Source: Antedon mediterranea
Lineage: Eukaryota; Animalia; Echinodermata
Direction: 5' to 3'
DNA: 64,000 bases
Assembly: GCF_964355755.1 (NCBI RefSeq)
Contig: NC_092676.1
Coordinates: 3,945,888 to 4,009,887, forward strand
Notes under the pieces: generated by a model
What the model saw: the letters and a program-made list of their open reading frames with translations, nothing else
Told to the model about the DNA's origin: nothing
Databases searched by the model: none
In this document: positions 35,301-50,300 of the stretch, piece after piece
Position numbering within the stretch: position 1 is the first letter of the stretch
How the letters are laid out: every line of letters begins with the position of its first letter
Position numbers and translations under genes: made by a program

Positions 35301-38300
35301 CAAATCGTCGTTGCAGAGTCTAGATCCAATTTAGTTAAAATCAATACTTCATTTATTAACGTTTGTAGCTATAATGAACTGCTTAATATGTTAAGATAAC
35401 ATCACATCCCTTACAGTTACATAGCAAATAATTTAGGGTACTTCTTCAAAAAGCCGCCTTGTAAAATTTGAAATTGTACATTATGAGGGTTTTCATATGC
35501 AACATTTTTATAATAAATATATATAATATTATTTCATTTTTTTTTCTGATCAGAGATTATCAAATTCTAACTACAGTATATTGGAAATAGAGAAAACGCA
35601 AAGTTACACTTACAGTAAACAATATTGTTTTTTTTTTTTTTTTGCATTTGTGAAAACAAATTTCGTTTTTTATTCAGTTTAGTCATGGGCGGATCCTGGA
35701 TTTCTTAAATGTGGATTTCTAACATAATTAGGCTGTCAAAAATAGATTTTTTTTAAATAGTTAATTAGTTCAGTTTAGCTTTCATGAAATGAAAGGGTGA
35801 CCCAAGTTCTACCCCCTGGATTCACCCCTGTTAATTACATAACATTGACAAGAATAAAAGGAAAACCAAACTGTATATATTAAGGATATTTGTGAATATT
35901 TATAGTAAATAGAAAATTATCTAACAATCTTTATAGACAATACTGTACTTCATCATCATAAAATGTCTCATTGAGTCATAATAATGTTGTATTACATAAC
36001 ATTTCTTTTTGAACAACCAAAAATAGTATAAGCGAACTTACAGTACGTTTCGCTTATACTATAAGTTCGCTTATACTATTTTTGGTTGTTCAAAAAGAAA
36101 TTTTATGTAATACCTATTCCACAACCAGATGAAATTCTTCCAACAATAATGTTGTAGTAGTCTATATCGTGCCTAGCTTACTGTACCTGTATAAACCGAC
36201 AATAGCCTGTGCTCTCCAGAGGGAGGGCTTTAGATACGAAAGTGAAAATGATGACGGTGGTACGTTGGTACGTTCCCACATGAGGGCTTGGTTGCGGACT
36301 GGTCCATTATAATACAGGGGTGTTCTAGAAACTTTTCACTTTCGTATCTAAAGCCCTCCCTCTGGAGAGCACGGGCTATTGTCGGTTTATACCGGTAAGC
36401 TAGCACTCATAAACTATTAACACCACTACTTGTTCGTGTATTTTAAAGTAAGCAGCCATGGCGCTCAAGTTTGATTGGCCAATACATTAAGTACAAACAA
36501 GCAATAGTTTTGTAACTGATAAGATTTTGATGCGAGACAGGACTTGAACATTGGACCCTGGGCTTGGTAATGTAGCAGTACGGTAAATTATTAACAACAT
36601 TTTAAAACACTTAACAGTAAAATTGATTGGTCAGGTGTTTGCTCTGATGTACAGTAATTTGTGAACATACATGCAAGTAATTTTTAGGGATTTGAACCCA
36701 CTGCTTTAGCCTGCCATTTATATTACAGTAAAACCTTCCTTTTGATATCCCTATTCAGTAGACACTTTCACTTGAAACAACGCAAGGCAATATATGCTTA
36801 CTGTAAACATCCAGGCCAATATATACAGGTATAGGCACACCTTTATTTATAATAATCACATTTTAACATGAAGAAAAATTTAATTCAACAAAGAATTTCC
36901 TTTGTGGTTTAATTTTAATAAGTCTATGTACATTTGTTAATATTTTCCTCTGTACATAGTTAGCTCTTCCAAAATTCAAAAATTATACATAATGTATGTG
37001 CTATTGTGATTGCTGCTATAAATCAGCTTAGAAATACTGCTAAACACACTTTGTTAGGTCAAACCAGAAGGTGTCCCTTATTACTGTGGGGGTTGGTTCT
37101 ACTACAGGTTGAGTAAACTACAGTACTCTTCGGGGGACCCCTATTAAGGAGTCATTTTGCTGGGTCTAGCCTGAATGTGTCCTCTTAATACGGTTCTACT
37201 ACTGGTAATACAAGTAAAACTACTACAGTATTCTGGGGACCCGAGCCTGAAGTCCCCTTAAGCATGGTTCCCACTAGAACACAACGTATTGCGGAATCAC
37301 AAGTGGGAACCGACGACGTAACAGTGCTACAAACATCGCTACGGGAAATCAAATCAGTTCGATTTCAACAACGCAAGGCAAAAAGAACACCGGAAAATAT
37401 AGTATAGCGCGTACTCAAAGGTACGGTCTAGTCAATTATTGCATTTGCTTATGTTGCGTTATGTTGCGTAGCTAGTGGGAACCAACATTTAATCAACGTT
37501 CTACCGTAATTATGTAAAACTAAAATTAACTAACTAACACTAACAGTGCATCATTTTACCAATTTATTTTAAGTTAATACAAACTGTCAAGGTTATATTC
37601 TGTGGGTGTGTATTGTACCATTCAGTTCTAATAAAGGATATATCAAAGTCTAGTCATCGAACTATTGTATTTAAATCCTAAATATAGAAAATGCTATGAA
37701 AAAAATCTCTTTCACTTTTTATAAAGAACAGAATATAAAAGCTAATACCAATACACATTTTTAACAGAATACAATGTGAATTCTTTTGTTCTTCGTTTTA
37801 ATATTTGTAATTATCTTTGAACCGGAAACTTATTGTATATCGTGAACACAGGTTAATTGATAACTCTATTTGATAGTAACACCAAGTACTACAGTACAGA
37901 AAGAAATTACTGCTTCGTATCTACGCGTAGGCTTTCGTAGGTAGATCGTAGGTAGAACGTAGGTCATTGTTCTCTCATACGATGTATTGTTTGTAGCCTA
38001 CGATGTATTGTTTGTAGCCTACGATGTATTGTTCTCTCCTACGATGTATTGTTCGTAGCCTACGATGTATTGTTCGTAGCCTACAATGTATTGTTCTCTC
38101 CTACCTACGATGTATTGTTCGTAGCCTACGATGTATTGTTATGAAATCTAGGCTACGCCTCGATCGTAGGGTGGTTCGTAGAAGCATGGACAATGCAAAC
38201 AAACAATGTATTGTTTGCTAATTAAAATCCTACAAAGATTAGTAGGTCAATTTTTGTAGCCGCCCTACGCATCGGTTATCCTAATTTGGACGGAAATCCG

Positions 38301-41300
38301 CCGACGAAACGACATCGGGCCGGTGGACCTCAGCTCACGTAGAGAGAGTCGAGGCTAGGCCTAGCCTGTTTCGGCAGCCTACACTATAAATTATTAAATT
38401 TATTTCTACCTTGTTGGGTTCGCGAATTATAAAAACAACGACACCTAGGCTAGGACACCAACAAAATATATGCAAAATAAATATATATCCCATATTAAGA
38501 TTTAACATACATAAATAGGCCTTTTAAAATGATTACGACATGTATAAAGAAAAAGGCCCGACCAGAATTTGGAGGGAAAAACATGCGAGCTGAGCAGTTT
38601 AGAGAGAGTATTACAGTATGTTTCATGTCATGTGACACAAAATCCAGGTACACGATCTTAATTACTGTTTTATCGTCGTCAGACGGTAGCCACCCTCTCG
38701 TAGAGCTCATACTTAGTAAAAAAAACATGTGAGAGATTGCGGTAAGCAGAGAGTATCGCGTTTCATGCCATGTGACCAAAAAAAAAACTAGGTCTGTATT
38801 AATTACGGTCTTCTGTCGGCAGTCTTTTTGAGCGACCGATTGAACGTCCTGATGCTATATTTAGAATGAATTGTTTACGATCTTTTTTTCTCGGCATCGT
38901 TTCTGGATAGGACGTTCGCTATATTATGTTTATGTTGGCCTGTTCCTTGCGGTTCACCTGTGTTGGATCGTGTCTCTCTTATTATACATCGTGGGAAATT
39001 TATATTTATATTCGCCGTTGAGTAGGTAAACACGCACGAAGGAAAATATTACGATTAAAAAATATTATTTATTTTTTATTAATTTACAACTTTGTCCTCC
39101 GCCAATTAAATTTAACACATTAATTTCACACCTTACTTCACTAAGAACATCGTAGGGTTGTTTATTTAGGTTACGAACTCCCTACGAAGTTCAGAACGTA
39201 GCTCATTGAAAGTTGTTTATTGAGGTTACGAAGCCAAACAATGGAACCTACGAAGCCAACAACGTAGCCTACGTTCTATCTACGAAGCTACTTTGTAGGT
39301 AAAGTTGCAGTATTTTCTTTCTGTACTGTAGTACTAGTAAACTACAGTACAATATAGAACACAAAGTGAATAATAGGTTTACAGCTAATAGGGCGATTTC
39401 AATTTGTGATGACCTATGACCTAAGCATGTTGTGTCGTAGGTCATCGGCCTTGAATCCACCAAAACTGTGTCGCGGAATCGAGCGAGAAAGTGCATACGC
39501 ACAATGAATTAACATGATGTACAGTAACTTGTCCTACAGCGTAAGATCGAAAGCTCCATAAGAATGGGTGTACAGTATTTGACCTCTCAGCGACCTTAAT
39601 GTGTAAACGTGGAATTCTATGTTGTGCAAATATAGTACAGTAAGAAGCGTATCCTTTTCCAGGCTGCCTCAAACCAAGATTAGGGTTTAATTTCAGATAC
39701 ATAATTAATCTAATTAATTCCCTAAGAATAGTGGATTTTGAATAGAAGACATCCAGGTTAATTAAATTAACATTGTGTTTAATAACCAAAGAAGAATGAA
39801 TTAATTTTTTTTATTTATTTTTTTATTTTATTCGATTGAATAAAATAAAAAAATAAATAAAAAATAATAATTCTACTGCAGTAACAACAATTTTATGTAT
39901 GATTTAAGTTTGTTTCAGTGTAGAACTTTATGAGGTATTATGATTATCCCAAGAGTTTCCTAAATAATTTTAGTTGTCTATATCGTGCCTAGCTTACCTG
40001 TATAAACCGACATAGCCCGTGCTCTCCAGAGGGAGGGCTTAGATACGAAAGTGAAAAGTTCCTGGAACACCCCTGTAATATAATTAATATGTAATTACTG
40101 CGGTAACTGCAGTAGAATATTTTGACATGGTCCCTATGAAAACAGAGGATTATTAGGCTCTGTCTACACTATTAAACTATTTTGACTAAAAAAGTGTAGT
40201 GATGTTCCCAAATATGGTAGTGATATGATATGATCATGTCCATACATGGGCACATCACATTTGATAATGATAGTGTAGACAGAGCTTTACAGTATACTCA
40301 AATTGAGTTTATTAATGAAATTTTTTTGAAAATCTATTTATTCAATGAAAAATGAATTTATTATTTTGCTTTTTCAGATTTAATGCATTGTTCAAATGCG
40401 CCACAAATTAATATTCCAGAACTTGCTGATAAGCTAACGAACAGAGCACTAAGTCAAAATTGGGTTGTGGTGTTCAAATCACTTGTAACATGCCATCATT
40501 TGATGATATATGGTAACGAAGTAAGTAAACTGCAAGTCTATGTTTCATTTAGTAGAATAGAATGAATTACTGCAGCAACATACATTACTGCAGTTTATAG
40601 AATTACTGTCATCAACAATAGGCCTACGGTTTTAATAGAATGTACTGTAAGTAATTATCATTACAGCCATAATGTAATGAATTCAATGAATCAGTTGCAA
40701 TGCATTACTGCAGCAACATATAATTACTGCAGTAACATATAATTTTATTGATAGCAACATATATTACTACATAATAATGCCACTGACAAAATTTGAAATT
40801 AGAATACTGTATTCCATACTAATGGAAGTTACAAAGATTATAAAGTACTATCAAATAATAACATAATAATTATCTTCAGAAGTATACGCACGGTATACAT
40901 TATGCTTGACTTACAGTAGTTATAGAGTGAACATACAGTACAGTACAGTTAGCATTATGCTTGACTTAGTTATAGAGTGAACATACAGTACAGTTAACAT
41001 TATGCTTGACTTTGTTATAGAGTGACCATACAGTTAGCATTATGCTTGACTTAGTTATAAAGTGAACATACAGTTAGCATTATGCTTGACTTAGTTATAA
41101 AGTGAACATACAGTTAGCATTATGCTTGACTTAGTTATAAAGTGAACATACAGTTAGCATTATGCTTGACTTAGTTATAGAGTGACCATACAGTTAGCAT
41201 TATGCTTGACTTAGTTATAAAGTGAACATACAGTTAACATTATGCTTGACTTTGTTATAGAGTGACCATACAGTTAGCATTATGCTTGACTTAGTTATAA

Positions 41301-44300
41301 AGTGAACATACAGTTAGCATTATGCTTGACTTTGTTATAGAGTGACCATACAGTTAGCATTATGCTTGACTTAGTTATAAAGTGAACATACAGTTAGCAT
41401 TATGCTTGACTTAGTTATAAAGTGAACATACAGTTAGCATTATGCTTGACTTAGTTATAGAGTGAACATACAGTTAGCATTATGCTTGACTTAGTTATAG
41501 AGTGAACATACAGTTAACATTATGCTTGACTTTGTTATAAAGTGAACATACAGTTAGCATTATGCTTGACTTAGTTATAGAGTGAACATACAGTTAGCAT
41601 TATGCTTGACTTAGTTATAAAGTGAACATACAGTTAGTATTATGCTTGACTTAGTTATAAAGTGAACATACAGTTAGCATTATGCTTGACTTAGTTATAG
41701 AGTGAACATACAGTTAGCATTATGCTTGACTTAATTATAAAGTGAACATACAGTTAACATTATGCTTGACTTTGTTATAAAGTGAACATACAGTTAGCAT
41801 TATGCTTGACTTAGTTATAAAGTGAACATACAGTTAGCATTATGCTTGACTTTGTTATAAAGTGAACATACAGTTAGCATTATGCTTGACTTTGTTATAG
41901 AGTGACCATACAGTTAGCATTATGCTTGACTTAGTTATAAAGTGAACATACAGTTAGCATTATGCTTGACTTTGTTATAAAGTGAACATACAGTTAGCAT
42001 TATGCTTGACTTTGTTATAAAGTGAACATACAGTTAGCATTATGCTTGACTTTGTTATAAAGTGAACATACAGTTAGCATTATGCTTGACTTTGTTATAA
42101 AGTGAACATACAGTTAGCATTATGCTTGACTTTGTTATAAAGTGAACATACAGTTAGCATTATGCTTGACTTTGTTATAAAGTGAACATACAGTTAGCAT
42201 TATGCTTGACTTAGTTATAGAGTGAACATACAGTTAGCATTATGCTTGACTTTGTTATAGAGTGAACATACAGTTAGCATTATGCTTGACTTTGTTATAG
42301 AGTGAACATACAGTTAGCATTATGCTTGACTTTGTTATAAAGTGAACATACAGTTAGCATTATGCTTGACTTAGTTATAAAGTGAACATACAGTTAGCAT
42401 TATGCTTGACTTAGTTATTGAGTGAACATACAGTTAGCATTATGCTTGACTTTGTTATAAAGTGAACATTGATTTCTCTATTAGCTACTGTAGTACAGTA
42501 TTAATGACATATTATGCATCCTATAGAACTATATATTGTAGAATATCAGAGCTACAGTAAAGGTTAAAGGTTAATGAGATGCACCAATTTTGAAATATCC
42601 CTTGTTTACAAAAAAACATGACTTTTGCATTCTGCAAGCTTCTTATTAAACTAACCATTTAAAAGAAAATAACCCACTCTGAAACTTAAATTTTGATTTA
42701 AGGCAATAATTTGTTGTTTTTTTTATAGAATTTGTTGATTTTAATATGTTTACAATTATAGTACAACTGTACGATTAAAAATACAAATATGTACTGTATG
42801 TTACAACTAATAACTACACAAGAAAATTGTATGCCATCCAATTTCAGATTTATTTTATGTATCTACTGCATACAGTAATGTTATTAATTTATTAAATTTA
42901 ATTAACAGAAATTGATACAGTATATAGCAACAAGAAATGTGGACCTGAATTTACCAAACTTTCTCGATAAAACTGGAGTGCAAGGTAAAGAGGCATTTTT
43001 ACAATTTTTAAATACCATTCTCCAAATAAAGATACTAATAATAATACCTTATATCCTCTGGTATAATCCCACCCTCCTAGAACACAAATTTGGCCTGATT
43101 TCAAGGGTGTGGGACTACACCCTTGAGAAAACCCTGGTTTCAGGAAAAAAATGAAAAAAACTCATCTGAACTGAATGGAGAGAGGCCTACATCCAGACCA
43201 AAAGTCAATACTGGGACTATACCCAGGGATATGCCTATAAAATAAGACTTAAAGTAGTGGAGGGGGGCGGGGATTAGACCTGAAGTGGGATTATACCTGA
43301 GGATATAAGTTAATAATATTAATATTGAACATTTATAAAGTGCCATTTAAAATATTACATTAATATTGTCTTGCTCAGCGTTTCATTAACATACCTCATG
43401 GAAGTTCAAAGGGGTTAAATCAATATTCTGCAGTAAACAAAATGTAGTTAACTGCAGTAGAATATTTTTGACATGGTCACTATAGTTTTGGAATTACTGA
43501 ATAAAATTATATTCTTCCAATATTAAAATTATTTACTTTATTTAAATACATTAATAATATTTCTCTCATCCTTTCATTATGAACATGTCTCATGGAAAAT
43601 TCAAAGGCTAAATCAATACTCTACAGTAAACAATACTGCAGTTACTGCAGTTACTGCAGTAGAGTATTTGTTACATAAGTCCTTTAGGCTTCAAATTACT
43701 GAATAAAATGTTATTCTTTCAATATTATTAATATTATAAATTACCGCATTTAAAGATGTATTGTCCCCCAAAATCATGAAAAATAAAGATTTATAAAATC
43801 AGATTTTGAATATATGTAGACCATTTTGCAGTTTTAATGAAGTTATTTACGTCCATAAGAAAAAATAGAAAAAAATAATGATGTTACTTATAAAAAGACA
43901 AAATGAACAGTTAAATCAAACTAAAAACACATTGGCTGGCAACCCATTTGACTATTTAAAAAAAAAATTACATTTTTTTCTGGTAAATAAATTGTTTTTT
44001 TATCCGATTTCTACAAAAATGTTAAATTATTTTTTTATGGGGGGAAATGACATGTGTATGTCTTTAAATTAATACATTAATAATATCTCTCTCAGCGTTT
44101 CATTAAACATGTCTCATGGAAATTCAAAGGCTAAATCAATATTCAACAGTAAACAATGAATAAGCAAGGCCCCGCCAGATTAGTCAGCCACAATGTACTA
44201 TTGCAACACGGTCACACTGAAAACCGTTCACATTCAATAAAAATATTAAATATGCAGAAGTAACAAGAAAAAGCCATTATGGTTGTTAGTAATGTGTAGT

Positions 44301-47300
44301 CTATGCCACTAAAGTCAGTAATTTCTGTCTAATAGTTAGTAAGTAACGCATAATGCAATGTAATTATTATAATTCATATGAAGTGTATTATTTCTAATGG
44401 CATTATTTCTAAATTTCTAAAACATTAATTTGATTTTAGAATTTGTCCATTTGAAAACAAATATGATAATATTAATTATTGTAACAAACACTGATTATCC
44501 TTCATATTTGAATAAAGTAATTGATTATAAAAAATATAAATTAGGAATTAAATAAATTGTATCACGGTTCGAATATTTAAGGACTTATCTACATGATTAA
44601 AATATATTAAATTACCGTATATCCTCCGGTATAATCCCACTTCTGGTCTAATCCCACCTCCAGGCCTTGTCTTTTAAGGCGAGCGAGTATGATCACTCAC
44701 TAAACACACTCCTAATCTGCCCTTGAGGTGTGCGATCGACAACACGCTTAAATTTGGTAAACTTCTACACACTAAAATACAAACAGCACACCTACAGCAC
44801 CCCTGAATGTATTGAGGAGTGCAATTTGTAGCACATTTATAATTTTCATACTGTAAGACCAGACCTGCACCTTACTCCACTTTATGTCTAATATCACAAA
44901 CAGGCATATCCTCAGGTATAGGCTCAGTATTGACGTTTGGTCTGGATGTACTGTAGGCCTCTCTCTAGCCAGTTCAGATGAGTTTTTACAAAAAGAAATG
45001 CTTCATAATCATGTTTTTTCTGAATTAGGGATTCCCTGGGTATAGTCTCCACCCCAAAGTGGGCCAAATTTCATTTTCTTGGGGATTGGGATTATATCAT
45101 AGGATATACGGTAATTGTTATTAAATTATAACTCAAAGCAAACTACATAAATATTGTTAATTAATAATTTTACTTAGAGGGAAAGTTTTGATAACAAAAC
45201 AATAATTGTAAAACATGATCCAAATTAAAAATGACATTTTGATATGGTCCCTTCATAACTGGTAATTGATATCAACAATGAAACAAGTCATGTAATATTA
45301 AGTGAGTCATATACAAATAGTTTGTTCACCTCGCATCTTTCATACAAAATACAAATACATACAAGGCTTTGATCTAGGAATAAACCTTAAGCTTTGTCTA
45401 CACTATCAAACTATTTTGATAAAAAAAAGGTGTGATGTGCCCTAATATGGTACAGTAGTGATATGCCTAAATATAATTAGTGATACAACATCATCATGTC
45501 CATATACAGTACTGTATGGGCACATCACATTTTTTCTTTCACATAAAGTTTGATAGTGTAGACAGAGCTTTAAAATGAATCTAAATAAATTATGAAAATG
45601 ACACACAAATTAATATACAAATTAATGTATAATAATAATGTATTCATGTAAAACCCTTGGTTGATGATTCAGATTATTTTTTAATTAAACTCAAAAAATA
45701 TCTTAATAATATCTTTGTGGTCACAAAAAAAGAAAGGTTGTTATTATACTGTAGTAACAATTTCATTTATATTTCAAATGCAGGGAATAATTGTGTTATA
45801 CTACATACACTGATTATGACAACTGTATTTATATTGTACAGTATACTATACTTATTCATTGTTTTTTTATAATGTTAAAACTATGTTAATTGTGGATACT
45901 TTAATTAAATAAATAATTTTGAAAATCCATCATATCTACCTACATTTTATTTATAATTATTGATTTTATTATATATCTTAATAATATGTCTTTGTGTTAT
46001 TATTTTTACGTGCTTTATATAGGATATGAAATGTCTACATATATCAGAAGATATGCTAAATACGTGAATCAGAAAGCGGTCTCCTACAGACAGGTCGCGT
46101 TTGATTTTTGTAGAGTGAAAAGAGGGTAAGTATAAAAATAATAAGACGGAAAAAAAAGTGGTGATTGTGACCATTAAATTTTAAGTGCAGTCAACTCTTT
46201 TAATACTGGGCTGTCAAAAAACTGGAAACTTTCCCAAAACCAGACTTTTGTTGAAAGAACCCATTTTCTTTGTTACCATTAAAAGCAAATTTAGATTAGG
46301 CCTAATAATAATATTCTGGATTTATATACAGTAGCGCCTAATGTTGTGAAACCTCTAAGCGCTGAAAGTTATTACCCCAGTCATTTTTTTTTTATCAAAC
46401 GTGTATGGAAACATACTCCCATAATGCAGCTAGTAATCAGCGCAAAGTTGTGTTTTGATCTAACCGGTTTCCCATTTATACACCTTGGTGGAAAGAGGCA
46501 AACATAAGTATCTTGCTTAAGGATACAAGCAATGCGGCGAGAGTTGGATTCAAACTTCGATCTCGCGATCAGTATGAGAATGTCCAACACACTGCGTGAC
46601 ACGCCCTTGGAAACCTGACAAAATTAACTTGAAAACCATACATATTTGGTCAGCCTAAGGGTGTCCGGTATTGGGAGAGTTGACTGTACTACCATTTTCA
46701 TTTTAACATGGCTCTGTTAGTGCCATCATATCTTCTGAAGGAAAAATAAAATGCTGTGAATTTGTGTAGAAAATGAGTGATGAAATGGAGTAGTTAATCA
46801 ATGAGTGGATTGTAATGAAAGCAAATAGCAAGCTGAGCAGACACTTCATACGTATTCCTATCTTTAGACACAATGCGATGCTTATTTGTATGATATCTCA
46901 AGCTGTGAATAACTACGGTACTGCACAGTATCCTCTTCAGATTCCACTGTTGCAGCCAGGTTTATTTCTGTTTAATTCTCAAGATTTCTACTTACCATTT
47001 TTGTTTATGTGTAGTTTTAAATTTAATGTTGTATTCAATTTTTATCATATTTGTTTTTATAGAAAAGAAGATGGATTGTTGAGGTCCATGCATACAGAAA
47101 AGGTACATGACTTTATATTTTAGTATACCATAAGGGATCATATCAACATTATGTTACTACGCGATAAAGCTAAATCTAAAGCTACAGGTATTCCGCTGCA
47201 GTCCCTGGCAAAATTTGTTTACTGTACATCACTAATAAAATCAGTCTTTAAAAAATAAAAAAACTTTTCTGGTCATTGATGTAAATTGATAGCAAGCAAT

Positions 47301-50300
47301 TAAACCTATTGAAATTAAGGTTCTGTTTCTGCTGCATAAAAATAACCTGTTTAAAAACGGTGTGAATAAATTAACCCAAATTTCTTGGACAATTTTTTGG
47401 TAGCCGGTTAGATGGCAGCGCAAAATAACCGATTAAAAACACCCATTCAATTCGGTGTTAGGATACATTTAACTGGTTATCACTGCGCAATTTTGAGCTG
47501 CAACACAAAATAACAGTTATTTGATTGAAAGCTGCTGACCATGAGTCAACTATACTGCAGTAACGTTTGAATTAACTGCCAGGACCAATTGCATTTTGGG
47601 TAATTCTAATGATTTTTGTCAACGACCACCCACTGATTTAAACGGTTATTTTGCAGTAAAAATTTAGCAGAAATGCAGTCAATATAAAAATTACATTTTA
47701 AATAAACGGTTTATTTAGCGCTATGCAGCAGAATCAGACCTAAAACCCCCTGGGATTATGCTAATGACAGGTGTTACTTTTTTGCAAACAGTGTTATTGA
47801 ATTTACTAATTAAACATCGGCCTGCTACAAAATTACTAATCGGAAAACACAGTGCTGTATCTCCATATGACATTTGACCAGTATCATAGAAAAATTCTGT
47901 AATACAGTGTCCCATGAGTATCACATGTGCTGCCTATATCGTGGAAGGTTAGGTTAAACACATGTGATGTTGTATCACAGGAGTTTCTTTGATACTGGTC
48001 AAATTGTAGATATAGCATAATCGGCTATCAGAAAATGTAATATTTAACTGATTATGTTTTCAATAGAATTGAAATGAAATAAATCGTAATAAAGTTACTC
48101 GGTAATTGAAATTCATTCTGGTTTACCTTAGCCTTAAATACGATACTCAGATTTTTCTCACTAGGATGGTAATCCGTAACCTTAAGCCTTGCTAAAATAA
48201 GATTAATTTCACAGATTTATATTTTTGCTACGGCAATACACTACTGTATAATAAAACCATTGTAGACATTTATATAGAGGTCCATTAAATTTAGACATGG
48301 TTTTAGTATAGGTTTTGTCATTTAAATGCTGATTGGTCACTACAGGGTCATAGGTTAAGTGAATTGATGATAAAAAAAGAGTAAGAGATTTTTTTTTGAT
48401 TTTTTAGCTGTTGAAAACACTACCCATACTACAGGACCAGCTGGACTGTCTACTGGAGTTTGAGGTCTGTTCAAATATAATTTATTGTAATTTTCTTTTC
48501 TAAATTTTACATTATAGATGTATTATCTCCCGAAACATGAAAAAATAAAGATGAAAAAAATCAAACTATGAATAGGCCATTTTGTAGTTTTAATAAAGAT
48601 ATTCACTTTAAAAATGTATTGTCCCCCAAAATCATGACAAAATAAAGATTTATAAAATCAAACTTTTAATAGGCCATTTGCTGTTTTAATGAAGTTATTC
48701 ACTTCCATAGAAAAAAATATTTCACTTTTTTTTTTTCACTAAATTAATTTTAACCAAAAACCATTGTATGACAGACAATTTAAGTACTTTTTGCTTTTAA
48801 ATTACATTTGTTTCAGGTAAATAATTTTTTTTTCTGATCTAGTTTTTTGTCAAAGTGAATAACTGTTAGTGACATTAAAATGGCATATTCATCACATTTT
48901 TTTAAATTTTTAAAATAGTCGTTTTAAGGGGACAATACTGTATTTTTATTTAAAACAAACACCCTCCTTTCCTCCAGACAAGGCGATATTTCTGTAGATT
49001 AAGGTTTTATCAGAAATAGTTTTGATCCAATTTTGTGTCAAAGTAAAATAATAATGTGATAATTATACAAGATACAAGATAACTTTATTGTTTTTCTCAT
49101 CGCAACTTAATATAAAAATAGATAAAATCATTAAAATGTTAAAACACAAAGTAAAATACACAGTACTGTAAAATATGTACAGATAACGGATAAATGCTAT
49201 CAGGTGTTCCCAGGTGTTCGAAAATACAATTATTTGTGTTTGTCATTATTACAGTATATTTAAATATGCATTGTGTTATGTAATAATGGCCTGTTTAATG
49301 CAACATGATGGTAGCTACAGTGGTAGCCACTTTTTTTGTTACTCACTTTAAGTCTGAAATACTGTAGACCTTAACAATTCCAAAGCCTTGCGTACTACAT
49401 TAAAGTTGTATCCTAGCAACAGGATATTTATGCATTATCAGTACTAAAAGTGTCTAATGCTCGTTTATTCATAATAAGTAATTTATTAAGGTTACACAGA
49501 ATGTTGTTGACATTTGTATGAATGCTGTATGTCGAAATAGACAAACTGTATGGCGTTTTGATTATTTTACAACTTGTACTTTATTTATTAGAATCGTAAA
49601 AGTAAATAACATATTAAAATTGAATAGGCCTATAGCAAATGGTAATTCATGGAAAGAAAAACAACAATCTATATTGTGCCTAGCTTACCTGGATAAACCA
49701 AAAATTGCCCATGCCCTTCTCAAAAGAGAGCTATGATATGTATAGCATTTTGATTATTTTACCACTTACTTTACTTACTTTATTTATTGGAATCGTAAAA
49801 GTAAATAACAGATTGAAATTGAATAGACTTATAGCGAAGGGTAATTATTAATTGAAAGAAATACAACAATCTATATTGTGCCTAGCTTACCAGGATAAAC
49901 CGAAAATTGCCCATGCCCTTCTCAATGGAGAGCTATGATCCATGAACATCCTTCTACAGTGCATTTTCCAGGGCATCATTTATAAGGAGCGCCTGCGCGA
50001 CCGCGCTCCTCCGCGCTCCTCAACAGGCTTCGAGGAGAGCAATTTATCGCGCTCCTTAATTTTCAAAATAGAGCCTAGCTTTTGACAGTGTTGATTTTTC
50101 TGTCAAGAGGCCTAAAAACACGTGGATTTTTAAAAGTTAAAACCAATCTAGGCCTAGGCTAATAATATATAAGCTAAGTTATAAAGCTACAAGCCTAATG
50201 GCAGTCCCTCGTTTTTAAGGATCGCGAGCGCGATCGCAATCAACAACCTTCGAAAAGGAGAGCAATTCATCGCGCTCCATCTCACAGTGCGATGTACCAA

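Noticed and set aside
40897-42469. Regular 40-bp array as a CRISPR locus
   Set aside because: Head-to-tail units with no unique spacers, inside a eukaryotic intron, no cas genes.
46941-46959. Possible PICALM microexon
   Set aside because: 19 nt, frame-shifting, weak donor.
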